In this document: piece after piece, positions 24,503-36,524 of the stretch
Numbering within the stretch: the stretch's first letter is position 1
How the letters are laid out: the number at the start of each line of letters is the position of its first letter
Origin: Camelus ferus
Lineage: Eukaryota
Direction: 5' to 3'
Length of the DNA: 64,000 bases
Assembly (NCBI RefSeq): GCF_009834535.1
Contig: NC_045698.1
Span: 3,722,001 to 3,786,000 of the forward strand
Program-made: the position numbers and the translations under genes
The notes under the pieces: generated by a model
Databases searched by the model: none
What the model was told of the DNA's origin: nothing
What the model saw: the letters and a program-made list of their open reading frames with translations, nothing else

Positions 24503-26329
24503 TACTTATGTTGTTTCATTTTAATATAAAAAGACTTTATTCATGATCATTGATGATTTTTATCTTTTATTTATGTTCTGTTTAATTTTTTGACATGAAT
24601 GGACAGAATTGTTTGCTACTCTTCAGGGAGTATTCGTTGTGTCCTTTGAGAGCAATGCTATGAGCATTACTGCATAGTCCCCTTTCTTATGTGATGCTCT
24701 GGTCCGCGAGTACTGACTGCCTTCCTTCCAGCTGTGGGAAGACGGAATAGGAATAAACGTGATGGTAAGTAAGGAGCTATGGACTATGGACTAAGTTATG
24801 TGGATTATGAATTATGTGGTTAAATCCTGTTGCATCCCATTCATGTAAAATGGGATTTATGATACCTGTCTTCTCTACATCATGATGTTCCCCGACATAC
24901 CACAGTGACGTGTAGGGTGACTGTCATCATGCACATTTGATGAGAGAAGAGGCAGACTCACAGCACCTGCAAGGCCTTGCTCCCCCCAAGCCTGTGGCTG
25001 GTACCACTCCTGTAGTCACCCCCTTTGTCGCTGACCCTGATTCAGCCTCAGAGGCTTTCTCAGCACGGTGCCAATGAGTTATCTTTGGCACATGAGATGA
25101 ATTAGTTTTAGGGAGTATGTTTTCTGAGTGAGCTAAAATACTCATTAGGCACAGAACTTGTAGTTTTTCACGTCTGTTCATTCCTGTAGAGGCAGGTCCT
25201 CACGGCCCATCTCCACCTGGTACAGCGAGCTGCCCTCCTGGCCTCCATGCCCCGGGACGCCAGCCCTCAGAAGCAGGTGGCTCGGGGGGGTCTTGAGAGC
25301 AGACCTGGGGCCGGAGCTGCGCTGATTGACTCCAGCCAGTCTTCCATTCAAACTCATCACTGACTCTCATTCTCCGAACTGAATCTGGAGAGGAAACGGC
25401 TAATAAAAGAGGTTCTGAAGATTGACTTGCTTGATTACATTTCTCTGGTCTGTCATCTTGCTTTCTTAATTAAAATGTTTTTTTTTTCCCTCCTGAAAAT
25501 GCATTATTAGGTTTGAGGTTATGTTGTACATCCTGAAACTCCTTATTCTGTCCCAACCACTACTTGAAACTTATAATTAAATAATCTGGTATGCTTTAAT
25601 GAAAGATGAACAATTTTGAAGAACCCTGAGAGAGATTTCTTAGTTTTATAAAAAATTAACTCTTTAGGCCCTTCCTGACACAAAAGGAGGCAGGAAAAAA
25701 ATTTGTTAAGGAAATTACTTGGAAGGATGTAATTAATGCACTGCACCATCAGACGTCACGTCTGTGGGCACTGGCCGGTGAAATGTGTCTTTCCAGGCAT
25801 CTGCCATGCTAATGGGCTGTGGAGGCTTATAAAACCCATGTGAAATGCTGTAAGCAATTAAGAAAGGACTCCTATTTCCTGTAACGAATGATGAGATCAC
25901 GCAGACTGAACTCTCCACCGGTAACAACAGGAAAAAGTGAACACAACGTAAAGAGAAAAGGCCCGCCTGTTTATAGCCATTGCCGAACTCCCAAGACAGC
26001 AAGGACTTGAGGACCAGGGCCCCAGAAGGAAGGGGAGGCACTGAGGAAACCCTGAGGAGGGTGCCACTTTTCTCTCAAGGCCCTTGTACTAGCCGAACAC
26101 CTGAGTCTCTGAGCAGAGCTTTCAGTGGAAACCAGAGATCAGAGCCCAGCATGAAGGAGAAGACCTTGGAGATACCTCAAGCCTTCAGCTGGGAACCCTT
26201 CAGGGTAGCACTTCAGAGTAAGAGTGAACCAGAAATAGATCAGGTCTCACAAAGAACGCAGCCCAGCGCCCCCTCACCCCCGACTGCCTGTCGGCAGGGA
26301 GAATGATTCCCTGAAGAATGATACCATAA

Positions 26330-26855
26330 ACCAGCACCCAAGCAGTCTCTGATTTCTCCTACCTGATGTTCTACATGCAGAGTAAAACCACAGGGGTGAA
26401 AGTAAACAGGGACAGACCAAAGACAGACAGAGAGAAGCCAGGAACCCAACCTCTGGACATCCAGAGATTGAAATGATCAGGCACAGACTTTAAAGCAACT
26501 GTGCTTAATTTGTTCAAGAAGTTAAAGCCAAGTTGAGAATGTCACCAGAGAACTAGGGAACCGGCGAAAGAAAATATCCCAGCTGAATCACAGAAAGAGT
26601 AAGTGATGAAACTGAGTGGCAAGAGGAAAAGGCCTGTCATTTATAGGTTTGGTGCCCCCAAAGGTGAGAGAACAAGAATGAACTAGAGGCAATCCTGAAA
26701 GAGACAATGGTTGAGAATTTTCTAAAACCAATGAAAGACATCAATTCACAGATACAAGAGACTTGTTGGTAATTATCACTTTGCAACATTCATCAAGCCA
26801 TACATGTCTGAATTCTGATTTTCCTGTATTTAGACTATACCTTAATTAAATTCAG
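26330..26855 (+). mobile_element. Ancient L1M ORF1-region fragment
   Basis: cagactttaaagcaactgtgcttaatttgttcaagaagttaaag...aatggttgagaattttctaaaaccaatgaaagacatcaattcacagatacaagag. Confidence 0.7.
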
Positions 26856-27029
26856 AACACTTGGAAAAACAAAGAACTAATGCTTTAAAACATTAATAAA
26901 ATAATGTTTTAATAATAAAAACAGTGCAATGAAATGTGGTGTTAATGATATAACAGCAAAGGGAATTTAGAGCAGACATACAATGTAATAGGTATATATA
27001 ATGCAAAATTCCTTATTAAGTAGTGACTG

Positions 27030-27185
27030 AATGTAGTGGCGGAAAGATCAGTGTTTCCAAGTCAGCTAGACCTGGATTTCAACACCAAATCATTGTCTCA
27101 CCAGCTCAGAGGTCCTGGGCAATTTACTCAATTCCTTTCCTTACCTTAAAGAAGGAACAACGCTTCACAGGGCGGTGTAACTAAC
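27030..27185 (+). mobile_element. MIR SINE fragment
   Basis: tgtagtggcggaaag...agtcagctagacctggatttcaac...accagctcagaggtcctgggcaatttactcaa. Confidence 0.6.
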
Positions 27186-27419
27186 ACAATGAGCTGCCTT
27201 GCTCCTCTATTTCTGCATCTCGTGTTCTTTGTGAAGCCCCAGGCCCCCTTCATCTGGGCAGCAGAATAAGGTTGGACTAAAACACAATTGCCTGCACTCT
27301 TCTATCCTGGGACTCGTGAGAGCTGACCTCTAGGGGCCCTGAAAGCTGCCTGGCCTTCTCTTTACACCCCCAGGTCACGATGTATACCTTCTCGTCCCTC
27401 TCGAAATACTCACCACCTC

Positions 27420-28245
27420 TTCCTCCATCCTCGACATGAACTGATTTCTTGCTTCTTTAGTTTCATGGAGAAATTAGGGATGATTGGAATAGAACAGCAG
27501 CAAGTTCCCGCCGTGTCTTCCACCGCCGTCCGCCAGCTGTGCCCACACCCCCTGACTCCCTGCTGTGCTCGGGTTGGCTGTGCCCTAGACCCCATCCCCT
27601 CTCAGCCCCTCGAAGACATCACACGGGAATTCTCCTCTTTCTTCCTGATGGTGTCTCTCTCCCTGCTGGGTCATTTCCATCAGCAAGTGAACCTGCTATT
27701 CTTTCTAGCAGTGCTGAGAAACAAACTTCCTTTTATTCCACTGTTCCCTGCAGGACCTGCCCCAGTGTTTGCTCTTGAAATGACTCAGATCAAGCTTTTG
27801 TCCCCACCTCTTCAGTGATCTCTGGTCAAAGGCACAAACAGTGGCCCCAAGGCTACATCCAGGGGTTAATTCTGGGCATTCCTCTCACAGGGCCCCCAGC
27901 TGCAGGTGCTCCCAGCTGAGCCTTTAACAATGCCACCTTCACTCAGCTCCTGGAACACGCAGCCTCCTCCTGTCTCCAGGGTTCCCTTCAGTCTCCTTGC
28001 AGAATTTGCTTTCTCCCTCTGATCTCGAAGGCTCAGTGTGCCTCAGGCTCTGTCCTCAACTTCTTCCCTCTCTGTCTGCACTTAGGGCTCCTGGTGTTAA
28101 CTACCCCACATCCACTCTTGGTTCCTATTTCTATCTCCAGTCACAACCAGTATCCTGAAACACAGACTTTCATATCTAATTATATAGAGTCTTTACCTGA
28201 GAATCTAATGGCATCTGAGATGTGACATGTCCAGGTACAGCTCCT
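27420..28245 (+). mobile_element. LINE L2 fragment
   Basis: ctgtgccctagaccccatcccctctc...gtgcctcaggctctgtcctc...ctatctccag...tctaatggcatctgagatgtgacatgtcca. Confidence 0.7.
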
Positions 28246-28359
28246 GCACGTGCCCCAAATGATGGACCAGAAAGAGGGGAGGTCTGGGGACCCGCTGGGA
28301 GCTCCTGCAAGACAGAACCTCTGAAAGAGAGCATGGTCCAGGAATAGGTACCAGATGGG

Positions 28360-28684
28360 CCCTAGTTCATTGACTGATGCTCTGATCCATTGACTGATGA
28401 GGAGGGAGAGACAGGGACCAAGAGACATGCCGGGAGGACGCCATGCAGTGATGGAGATCATCACCAGGTGCAGCTGCCAGCCAAAGGACGCTGGGCATTG
28501 TTGGCAACACCAGAAACTGGGGGTGGGGCATGGTGCTCGCCCCTGGGGCCTTTGGACACCTGCTGACACCTCCGACACCTTGGTTTCAGACCTCTGGCCT
28601 GCAGAGCTGCGAGAGAATACAATTTTGTTGTTTTAAGCCACCAAATTTGGGACGCTGTGTCACCGCAGTCCTAGGGACCTGACG
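28360..28684 (+). mobile_element. MaLR LTR (MLT1B/C-like)
   Basis: gacaccttggtttcagacctctggcctgcagagctgcgagagaatacaattttgttgttttaagccaccaaatttg. Confidence 0.8.
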
Positions 28685-29189
28685 GTTCTAGGCTCCTCAG
28701 AGGCAAAGGCATGGCATGCAGGTTAGAAGGGGCGGGGGTCAAGGGAGCCTGGAGCACAGTGGGAGGAGCCTGGGCACATTTCGGCACAGCAGGAAGGGCC
28801 GGGGGGCGGGGATGCAGGGAAGACTAGGGAGGGCACGGGCAGCCAGAAACACCAGCGGGCAACCCCAGAATCTCGGCTAAGAGCCATTTACTGTCAACTG
28901 AAAGACATCTCGGGCCTTTGAAAATACAGGTTAGATGATGAGAGTTCTCTATAAGCCTGATCAAGAGTAAAATGAGTGTACCGCACACAGAGGACTGACA
29001 GAACTCACGGAAGGGAACGTGTCTGTCAGAACCCCACGCGCGGCGGGGTCACTTAGGCGAAGCACTGTTTAGTCCACTCCACTAGCGTCTGCCCTTCACA
29101 GAGTTCAAAGGACACGTGAATGTCAGGCATTGATGGATCCCTGGATGGGTGCTGGGTCTGTGGGCTCCATTCTCCAGGCTAAGGGACCT

Positions 29190-29625
29190 GGTGTTGCTTT
29201 CCCCGGACTGCTGCAACAAATTACCACAAATCTGATGCTTTAAAACAGCAGAAACTGATTCTCTCCCAGCTCTGGGGCCAGAAGTCTGAGAGTAAGGTGT
29301 TGGCAGGGCTGCGCCCCCACTGAAGGCTCCGGGGAGGGTCCCTCCTGGCCTCTTCCAGCTTTTAGTGGTTGCCTGGTGGTCCTTGGCTTGCATGAACGTC
29401 ACTCCAGTCTCTGCCCTTGTCATCACACGCACTTTTTCCTGGTGTGTCTCTATTTTTTCTTTCTATTAGGACAAGAGTCGTTGGTTAGAACCCAGCCTAA
29501 TCCAGAGTGACTTCATTTTAACAAATTACACCTGCAGAGGCCTTTTATCAAGTAAAGTCACAATGAGAGATTCAGGGTAGACGTGAGTCTTGGGGAGACA
29601 CTTTCCTTCCCAGCCCAGACCACAC
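29190..29625 (-). mobile_element. MaLR LTR (MLT1C-like)
   Basis: ctgcaacaaattaccacaaat...ttaaaacagcagaaact...gccagaagtctgag...aaggtgttggcagggc...taattacacctgcagag-like motif. Confidence 0.85.
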
Positions 29626-29696
29626 AAGTACTTATCTTCTCAAGCTCAGAAGTCCTGGTGCCCCTCAGCTATGTTCATCCTGCTTGACTGACATTC

Positions 29697-30255
29697 TTTT
29701 TTTCCTTATTAGAGTAGAGTTGATTTACAATGTTGTGTTAGTTTCTGGTGTACAGCACAGTGATTCATTTATATATATATATATATATAAAATAATATAG
29801 AATAAAGAATATATATATATTCTTTTTCAGATTCTTTTCTATTGTGGGTTATTACAAGATATTGATTATAGTTTCCTGTGGTATACAGTAGGACCTTCTT
29901 GCTTATTTATTTTATATAAAGTAGTATATATCTATTAATCCCAAACTCTTAATTTATCCCTCCCCATTTTTCTCTTTTGGTAACCATAAGTTTGTTTTCT
30001 ATGTCTGTGAGTCTGTTTCTGTTTGGTAAATAAGTAAATACATTTGTATCCTTTTTTTCAGATTCCACATATAAGTGATATGATATGATATTTTTCTTTC
30101 TCTGTCTGACTTCACTTAGTATGATAATCTCTAGATCCATCCATGTTGCTGCAAATGACATTATTTTATTCCTTTTCATGGCCGAGTAGTATTCCTTTGT
30201 ATAAACATTCCACAACTTTATCCATTCATCTGTCAGTGGGCATTTAGTTTGCTTG
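29697..30255 (-). mobile_element. 5'-truncated cetartiodactyl-type L1 3' end
   Basis: ttttttt...gttgatttacaatgttgtgttagtttctggtgtacagc...ggtaaccataagtttg...tccatccatgttgctgcaaatg; the ORF track gives a typical L1 3'-end peptide (MSFAATWMDLEIIILSEV). Confidence 0.92.
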
Positions 30256-31695
30256 ACTTATTCTTTTTGTAATTAAAAACCTCCTTGAGATATTGATGGG
30301 TTTCATGGTACAAGTCATTTGAAAACAGTAGAGCAACTGGAGAGATGGCAGAGTTGTATCTGCACTCATACAAATCAGCTTTTAAAAAATAAAGAGTGAC
30401 CTGGCAAAATTTTTTTTTCTCTTCTAGTTGGCTAGGAAAAATTAGAAATCCAGAGACAGTATGTTTTCTATACATTATCTGTCTTCTATAAAGTCACAAG
30501 ACCCGAATATTTTAAGAAATCAGATGTGTTTTCTTACCAGCATCACTGAACAGATCATCTCTCTCTCCTGCCTGGTATGAAAAATCTTGCTGGCTCCTGT
30601 CTGCTCCAGCTGGAAAGGAGCTGCTCTTGGGCATTTGCCTCTCAGGTTTTTCCTGAGCAATCACAGAGGCTGATGTGTTTCTGGTTGCTTTTTAAGATCA
30701 TCACCCAGTTGCCTCTATGCTCCTTTGTTGCAGCCTGGGATGTACCGGGCAGGATGCAACTTCACCTTTCTTGTGGGTGTGAAGTCTCTTCTGTTGGTAG
30801 GTAAATCCACACTTACAACATCCTCAGACATGCTGGGCTCTGCTATTCTGTTTATCATTTTGTGCCCTCACACTTTATTTATTGTCTTGACTTCTTGTGG
30901 TTATTTTGTAAAATCAAATTTGCCTCTTATCAGCCTGAGTCTTGGTGGCCTTGAACCCGGCATTATCCTGTGTTGCCACCTTCAAGGGGCTTGTGTTGTG
31001 TGATGGTTCCTGTGTCACAGCGAGCTTATTCTTCTTCTTTCTTTTCTTTCCTGATTCAAAAAGACAGACCTATTCAAGTATTTTATTGTGAAATTAGGAA
31101 CATATAGATTGCTTTTCAAGAGTGTTCTCTTTTTAAAGGAATGTAAGATTAAGGTGCACACATCTGCCATCTGTGAAGGGCCTTGAGGAGACACCTTTCT
31201 GTAAAGAGATTGTCTTTTTATTTGCTTTGATTAAAAACAGCAGCATTCCCTGCTGCCAAATAACTCACCTGGGTTTCATCTCATCACTATAAATAAGTGG
31301 AACAGGCAAGTATCACAATGAGCTTCATTCAAAACATCAAGGCAAAAGAGTCTCAGAAGGGCTCCCTGAGGGCCACGGGTCACTGCACTTTCAAGATCAC
31401 AGGCAGCCAGCTTCTTAACATCTTCATTTTCAGCCATCTGGTCACACTACCTCCTGGGACTGGGTTCCTCCTACTCTGCATCCATTGAGCTCAAAGCCAG
31501 GCATCCATCTGCAGAGTGTCTGGCTCAAACAGGGCACAGTTGGCGGTTGACATGTATCCCTGCCATTTTCATATGGTCAGAGAGGGAGAACACACCAAGG
31601 TTAGGAGCATTTAGATTCACAGATCTGGAGTGGAGCACTCGGCAGTATGTGAGGTTGGAAAAAAAGAAGGCAGAAGGAATCCACCAGCTCCAGCA

Positions 31696-31782
31696 TGATG
31701 ATGATGGTGGTGGTGGTGGTGGTGGTGGTGATAACAATTACTATGATGGTGACAGTAATAGAGATGATGATGATGGTGGTGG

Positions 31783-31838
<56 letters not shown>

Positions 31839-31945
31839 GTGATGCTAATAATATGGATGATGATGGGGTAACAGTGATGATGGTGGTGATGATGGTGGTG
31901 ATGACGGTGGTGGCAGTGATGAAGACAATGATGTCAGAGGTGATG
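31696..31945. repeat. Compound (GAT)n/(GGT)n trinucleotide repeat; pure (GAT)18 at 31784-31837
   Basis: Directly visible. Confidence 0.95.
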
Positions 31946-32177
31946 TGACACCTGTCACTTATAAAGAATACTCTGTTTCAATTGCCTGCCTCCAATTTAG
32001 CCTTAAGGATCAAGCCCTGTTCTAGTGTTTAGTAGCAGGTTATTAGAACACTGTTTCTAAGTGAAAACCATGTTTTGCTTATAGAACTTTCCCCCAGAAC
32101 ACAATCTCTATTAAATCTGAGTGTGTCTCCAAAGGCTTGGGATTAACTCAATAATCTCTTTACTTATTCATATGGAC

Positions 32178-32372
32178 TGTATTAGTCAGGATTCTCCAGA
32201 GAAACAGAACCATATGATGTGTAAATATATCCTCTCTCTTTCTCAGAGAAAGAGACAGACAGACATTTATTTTAAGGAATTGGCTCACATGATTGTGGGG
32301 CTAGCAAGTCTGAAATCTGCAGGGCAGTCTGGCAGGCTGGAGCCCCAGGGACAAGTTGACGTTGCAGCTCAA
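32178..32372 (-). mobile_element. MLT2 (ERVL) LTR fragment
   Basis: tgtattagtcaggattctccagagaaacagaacc...tttattttaaggaattggctcacatgattgtggggctagcaagtctgaaatctgcagggcag. Confidence 0.85.
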
Positions 32373-32574
32373 TCTTCAACATTTTCAAATGGTCAAAAAC
32401 ACTCTATGGACAATATGCAAGTATGTTGTACAATACGACGGTTTCTGAAGCAATATAGAAGAATTTTAGGCAATCACAATACCATAACATTTTAGGTGGA
32501 GAGAAAACTTACATTTTGGCAAAATACCTCTCATCTATAAGAAAATAGAGGACAGATTAAGGCTTGGCACTTAC

Positions 32575-32945
32575 ACCTAATGTAGGGTCCTTGCAGGTGT
32601 ATTTAAGATAAGGTCACACTGGAGCTGGTGGCCCCGAATCCAGTATGACTGTTGTCCTTACAAAGAGGGGATATTTGGACTCGGACATGCACGGGGAGGA
32701 AACCAGGTAACAATGAAGGCAGAGAGCAGGGTGATGCTTCCGGGAGCCAGGAAAGAATGAAGACGGCAATGAACCACCGGAAGCTGGGGAGAGGCCTGGA
32801 ACAGGTCCTTCCTCACCGCCTCAGACGGGACCGACCCTGCCAACAACTTGATCTTGGACTTTGCACCTCCAGACTGTGGGAGAACACATTTCTGTAGTTC
32901 AGGCCGCCCAGGGTGTGCGATTTTGTATGGCAGTCCTAGCTGACC
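32575..32945 (+). mobile_element. MaLR LTR (MLT1B-like)
   Basis: aatccagtatgactgttgtccttacaaagaggg...gaaggcagag...ccctgccaacaacttgatcttggactttgcacctccagactgtggg. Confidence 0.85.
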
Positions 32946-33861
32946 GGAGCAGGTGCACTGTGTATTTTATATCCATCTTGGTACGTTCATATGAGTGCAA
33001 ATACGTGCACACATGTTCACTGCACACCGACACATATTCAGTGGATTTTCCAACTTATAAACCCCGCAGTGCACCCCACACCCCTGTACCCCAGGTCCTT
33101 GTCAGCCTCCGCTGTCCCTCCCCTGAGCCCAAGGAGCATCCTGGCATTTGTAACCAGCCCCAGCCTCCGCATCAGCCCCTCCCTCTCTTCCCGGGTCTGC
33201 CCTGCCTGAGTCCTCCCACCAGACCCAGGTGAGAGCCCTGGTGGGGGAGGACGGGGACCCCCAGCAAGGGTGAGCACCCACGTGGTCCTGCCTTCTGTCC
33301 TGAGAGAGCTCCTCTGACCCTGGTTCCACCAGCAGAGGATTGAACGTTTGGCCCCGTCTTACAAACAGATCAGCTTCCTCAGGAGGAAGGAAGACGAGGA
33401 GAGGGAGTCCCGTGGGTCTGTGGGTTTGAGTGGGCAGCGGAGGGTATGTAAAGCAAGTGCCCCCTGCTGTGTCTCCCCAGCACAGAGGCCAGGGCATTCA
33501 GTGAAACCAAGGCCCTTGCCTCTGCTAATGTGACAGAGTGATCACCGAACAGCCCGGAGGAGCAGGTGGCCCTCCATCCATATCCCCTCCATGTGTCTCC
33601 AGACGAGCGTGGGCTGCACACTTCGGGAGCCTAGAAAAAGATGAATAGTTCTCCGAACTTTATATATTAGTCAGTTTGTTTTCTTTTCCGCTTCATTAAA
33701 GCCTTCTGCTGTTGTTTGAACATTCAAAGTAAAACCCATTTTAACATCTAAACAATCTTAAAATGGAAATTGTTTTTTCTTCATGGTTGGATAGCTTCAT
33801 GTTGGCCATAGTGATTTTTAAACCCTGCTCCAAATCAAGGAAGAAAACACCCCAGTCTTGC

Positions 33862-34067
33862 TGTTAAAAACAAGACAGCAGCCCCAAATGGAGTTGCTTA
33901 TGCTGAGCCCCAGACTGAGACAACTGAATTAGACTTTCGGCTCTCCCAGACCTGGGACCCTGCGCCAGTCAATCGGGAATCTCCTGACCAGGGCTGGTTA
34001 GGCAATGTGCCTGGCAGACCCTGCCGTCCCCTCAAGGAAAGTGACCTGGCCATAACCAGCCCACTTT
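33862..34067 (+). mobile_element. ERV1-class LTR 5' part, cut off by an L1 fragment
   Basis: tgttaaaaacaagacagcagccccaaatggagttgcttatgctgagcccc...ccagtcaatcgggaat...aaggaaagtgacctggccataaccagccc. Confidence 0.6.
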
Positions 34068-34072
34068 GATCG

Positions 34073-34122
<50 letters not shown>

Positions 34123-34449
34123 ATCCAGTCATCTGTCAATGTGCATTCAGGTTGCTTCTATGTCTTGGTTACTGTAAACAGTGCAGCTATGAACATTGGC
34201 ATGCATCTTTTTGAGTTAAAGTTTTCTCCAGACATATGTCCAGGAGTGGGATTGTTGGATCATGTGTAACTCTATTTTTAGTTTTTAAAGGAATCTCCAT
34301 TCTGTTCTCCAGAGTGGTTGCACCAATTTCCATTCCCACCAGCAGTGTAGGAGGGTTCCCTTTTCTCCACACCCTCTACAGCATTTATTATTTGTAGAGT
34401 TTTTAATGAAGGCCATCCTGACTGGTGAGAGGTGGTACCTCACTGCAGT
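34068..34449 (-). mobile_element. L1 ORF2-end/3' fragment, starting with (ATCT)12 at 34073-34120
   Basis: ttatccagtcatctgtc...cagctatgaacattgg...cattcccaccagcagtgtaggagggttcccttttctccacaccctc...ggtgagaggtggtacctcactg. Confidence 0.88.
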
Positions 34450-34861
34450 GAAACCACTTCTATTTAGAATGGCTGTGCCTTTTCCTTCTGGTCCTCTTTC
34501 TGTGAAGGCCTCAGGGCTCCCCAGTTTGACCCCAGCCTCTGCAGGAAGCACACTGTGGTTTAGGAAACTCAGCTGCTGGGCACTTGTCCCATGAGCTGTT
34601 CACTAGCTAAGTGTTGTGCAAACTTAACAGATACATCTCATGATACTGTCTCCTCCCCGGGAACATCTACCCAAGGTTTCCATTCCAGGGTTGAGGACCC
34701 ACAGGTGCCGGTGGTGGAATTGTGCCTGGGGAGGAAGATCTCAGAGTCCTGATAGACAGGCAGCCACTGAGGCCAAAGGCGGGTGTTGACCATGATTATA
34801 CACAATTTTCTGAGTCACAACAAAATGAAGATGTGTAGAATGATGAAAAGTGCGAGTGGCA

Positions 34862-35050
34862 GGCAGGGAGGGCATAGCTCAGTGGTAGAGCGCGTGCTCA
34901 GCATGTGCAAGGTCCTGGGTTCAATCCCTAGCACCTCCATTAAAATAAAGAAATAAAAACCTAATTACCTCTCCCCCTAAAAAAGAACAAATAAAAATAA
35001 AAATGTGAAATATTTTTTTAAAAAGCTCAAAAAATTTAAAGATTAAAAAT
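34862..35050 (+). mobile_element. Camelid tRNA-derived SINE (vic-1 type) with 14-bp TSD
   Basis: gggagggcatagctcagtggtagagcgcgtgctcagcatgtgcaaggtcctgggttcaatccc (A and B boxes) plus A-rich tail; TSD aagtgcgagtggca (34848-34861) / aagtgggagttgca (35051-35064). Confidence 0.92.
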
Positions 35051-35344
35051 AAGTGGGAGTTGCACAGCAATACACCTGGCTAATGAGATGAGGAAGGACT
35101 TGTGTTCAGTGATGTGTATTAACTCATCCTGGCCCAGAGCGGTGCAGCCTAGCACCAAGCGGGAAGAGCTAGTTAATTTACATCCACAAACTCCGTGCGT
35201 GTTGACAATTGTTGCTGTTTGTTTGGCTTTATTTTTTCATAAGTCAATAGATCCTGAATAAATTTTTCATACTTAACTGCCCTCTCATTCAAGGGAACTC
35301 ATTTCATCATATATTTCCCCAAGTGAAGTTTCCCAGGATATTCT

Positions 35345-35907
35345 TTTGAAATTGAGATAAAATTCATATAATGTGAAATTCACCATTTAAACAACTTTCA
35401 AGTATACATTTTAGTGGCTTTTAGTACATTCACAGCATTATGCAACCATCACCTCTATCTAGTTCTGGGACATTTTCACCACCTCGAAAGGAGACCCTGG
35501 GCAGGGGGAGGGTACGGCTCAGTGGTAGAGCACGTGCTTAGCATGCATGAGGTCCTGGGTTCAAGCCCCAGTATCTCCATTAAAATAAATAAATAAATAC
35601 GTAAAGCCCTAATTATCTACCCCACCAAAAATGGGGACCCTGTACCCCTGGCAGTCACTAATATGCTTCTGCCTAAATTGATTTGCTTACTCTGGACATC
35701 GCATACAAGTGAAATCATGCAATTTGTGCCCTTCGGTGTCTGGTTTCTCTCACTTAGCATAATGTTTTCAAAATTCATCCCTGGTGCAGCATATTTCACT
35801 ACTGCATTCTTTTTTATGGCCGAGTTATATGGATACACTGAGTGTGTTTATTCACTCAGCAGTGAATTGATGAAGGCTTTGGGTGTTTCCACATTTTGGC
35901 TATTGTG
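35345..35907 (-). mobile_element. L1MB-type 3' end, interrupted by a SINE
   Basis: attgagataaaattcatata...ttttagtacattcacagcattatgcaaccatcacc...ctctcacttagcataatgttttcaaaattcatcc. Confidence 0.85.
35500..35629 (+). mobile_element. Camelid tRNA-derived SINE (vic-1 type) nested in L1MB
   Basis: ggggagggtacggctcagtggtagagcacgtgcttagcatgcatgaggtcctgggttcaagcccc; TSD aaaggagaccctg (35487-35499) / aatggggaccctg (35630-35642). Confidence 0.92.
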
Positions 35908-36524
35908 ATGGGCAGGTTTTTTAAAGGCCTTTTTCTTTGTTGTTTTTGCCGCAAAATTTTAAAACTATACAACTCACCCTTCTAGATTCATTCTAGACTC
36001 CACTTCTCCTGTAACCTCTTGACTGGGATTACGGAGCGGCCTGCACCTCCTCAGCATCCCCGCCGCCCCCGTCAACAGCCAGCGCAGGGGAAAGCGTCCA
36101 GAGGGTAGCTGGCTCCGTCAAGTCCGGCAAGACTTAGGCCTTTGGAATGCGGGGTGCAGGTGAGGATGTGGACCACTGGAATTCCTGCGGAAGAATTAAC
36201 ACGTGTGTCTCTGATGAAGTTAACTCTTTGCAGCTGGTCCCCTCCCCGGCGACGCCCTTCCTCACCACAGCCCCACCCCCCTCACTCCCCACCCCGCGCA
36301 CTCGCACATTCTGGAGCCGCCCCTTCCTGCTCTTCAGCGCCGTGTGCTTCGGACTTGAGTATGAGGACAGCAAAGGGCGTCACCTACACGCACCCCTATG
36401 TGGACATGTGATTACTGGAAGCCAGTGTCTGTGAGAGAGACAGGCCCCGGGGTTTGGGTGTGAGCCAGTCCCTGTCTCAGGAGTGGCAGAGGACGACTCT
36501 GACTTCCTCGTGTCTCCCAGTTGA

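Noticed and set aside
31547..31948. 133-aa poly-Asp/Gly ORF
   Set aside because: Open only because of the GAT/GGT repeat.
34862..34940. tRNA-Ala-like sequence (also at 22.2, 35.5, 44.2, 50.7 and 61.3 kb)
   Set aside because: SINE heads with A-rich tails, several with TSDs, not functional tRNA genes.
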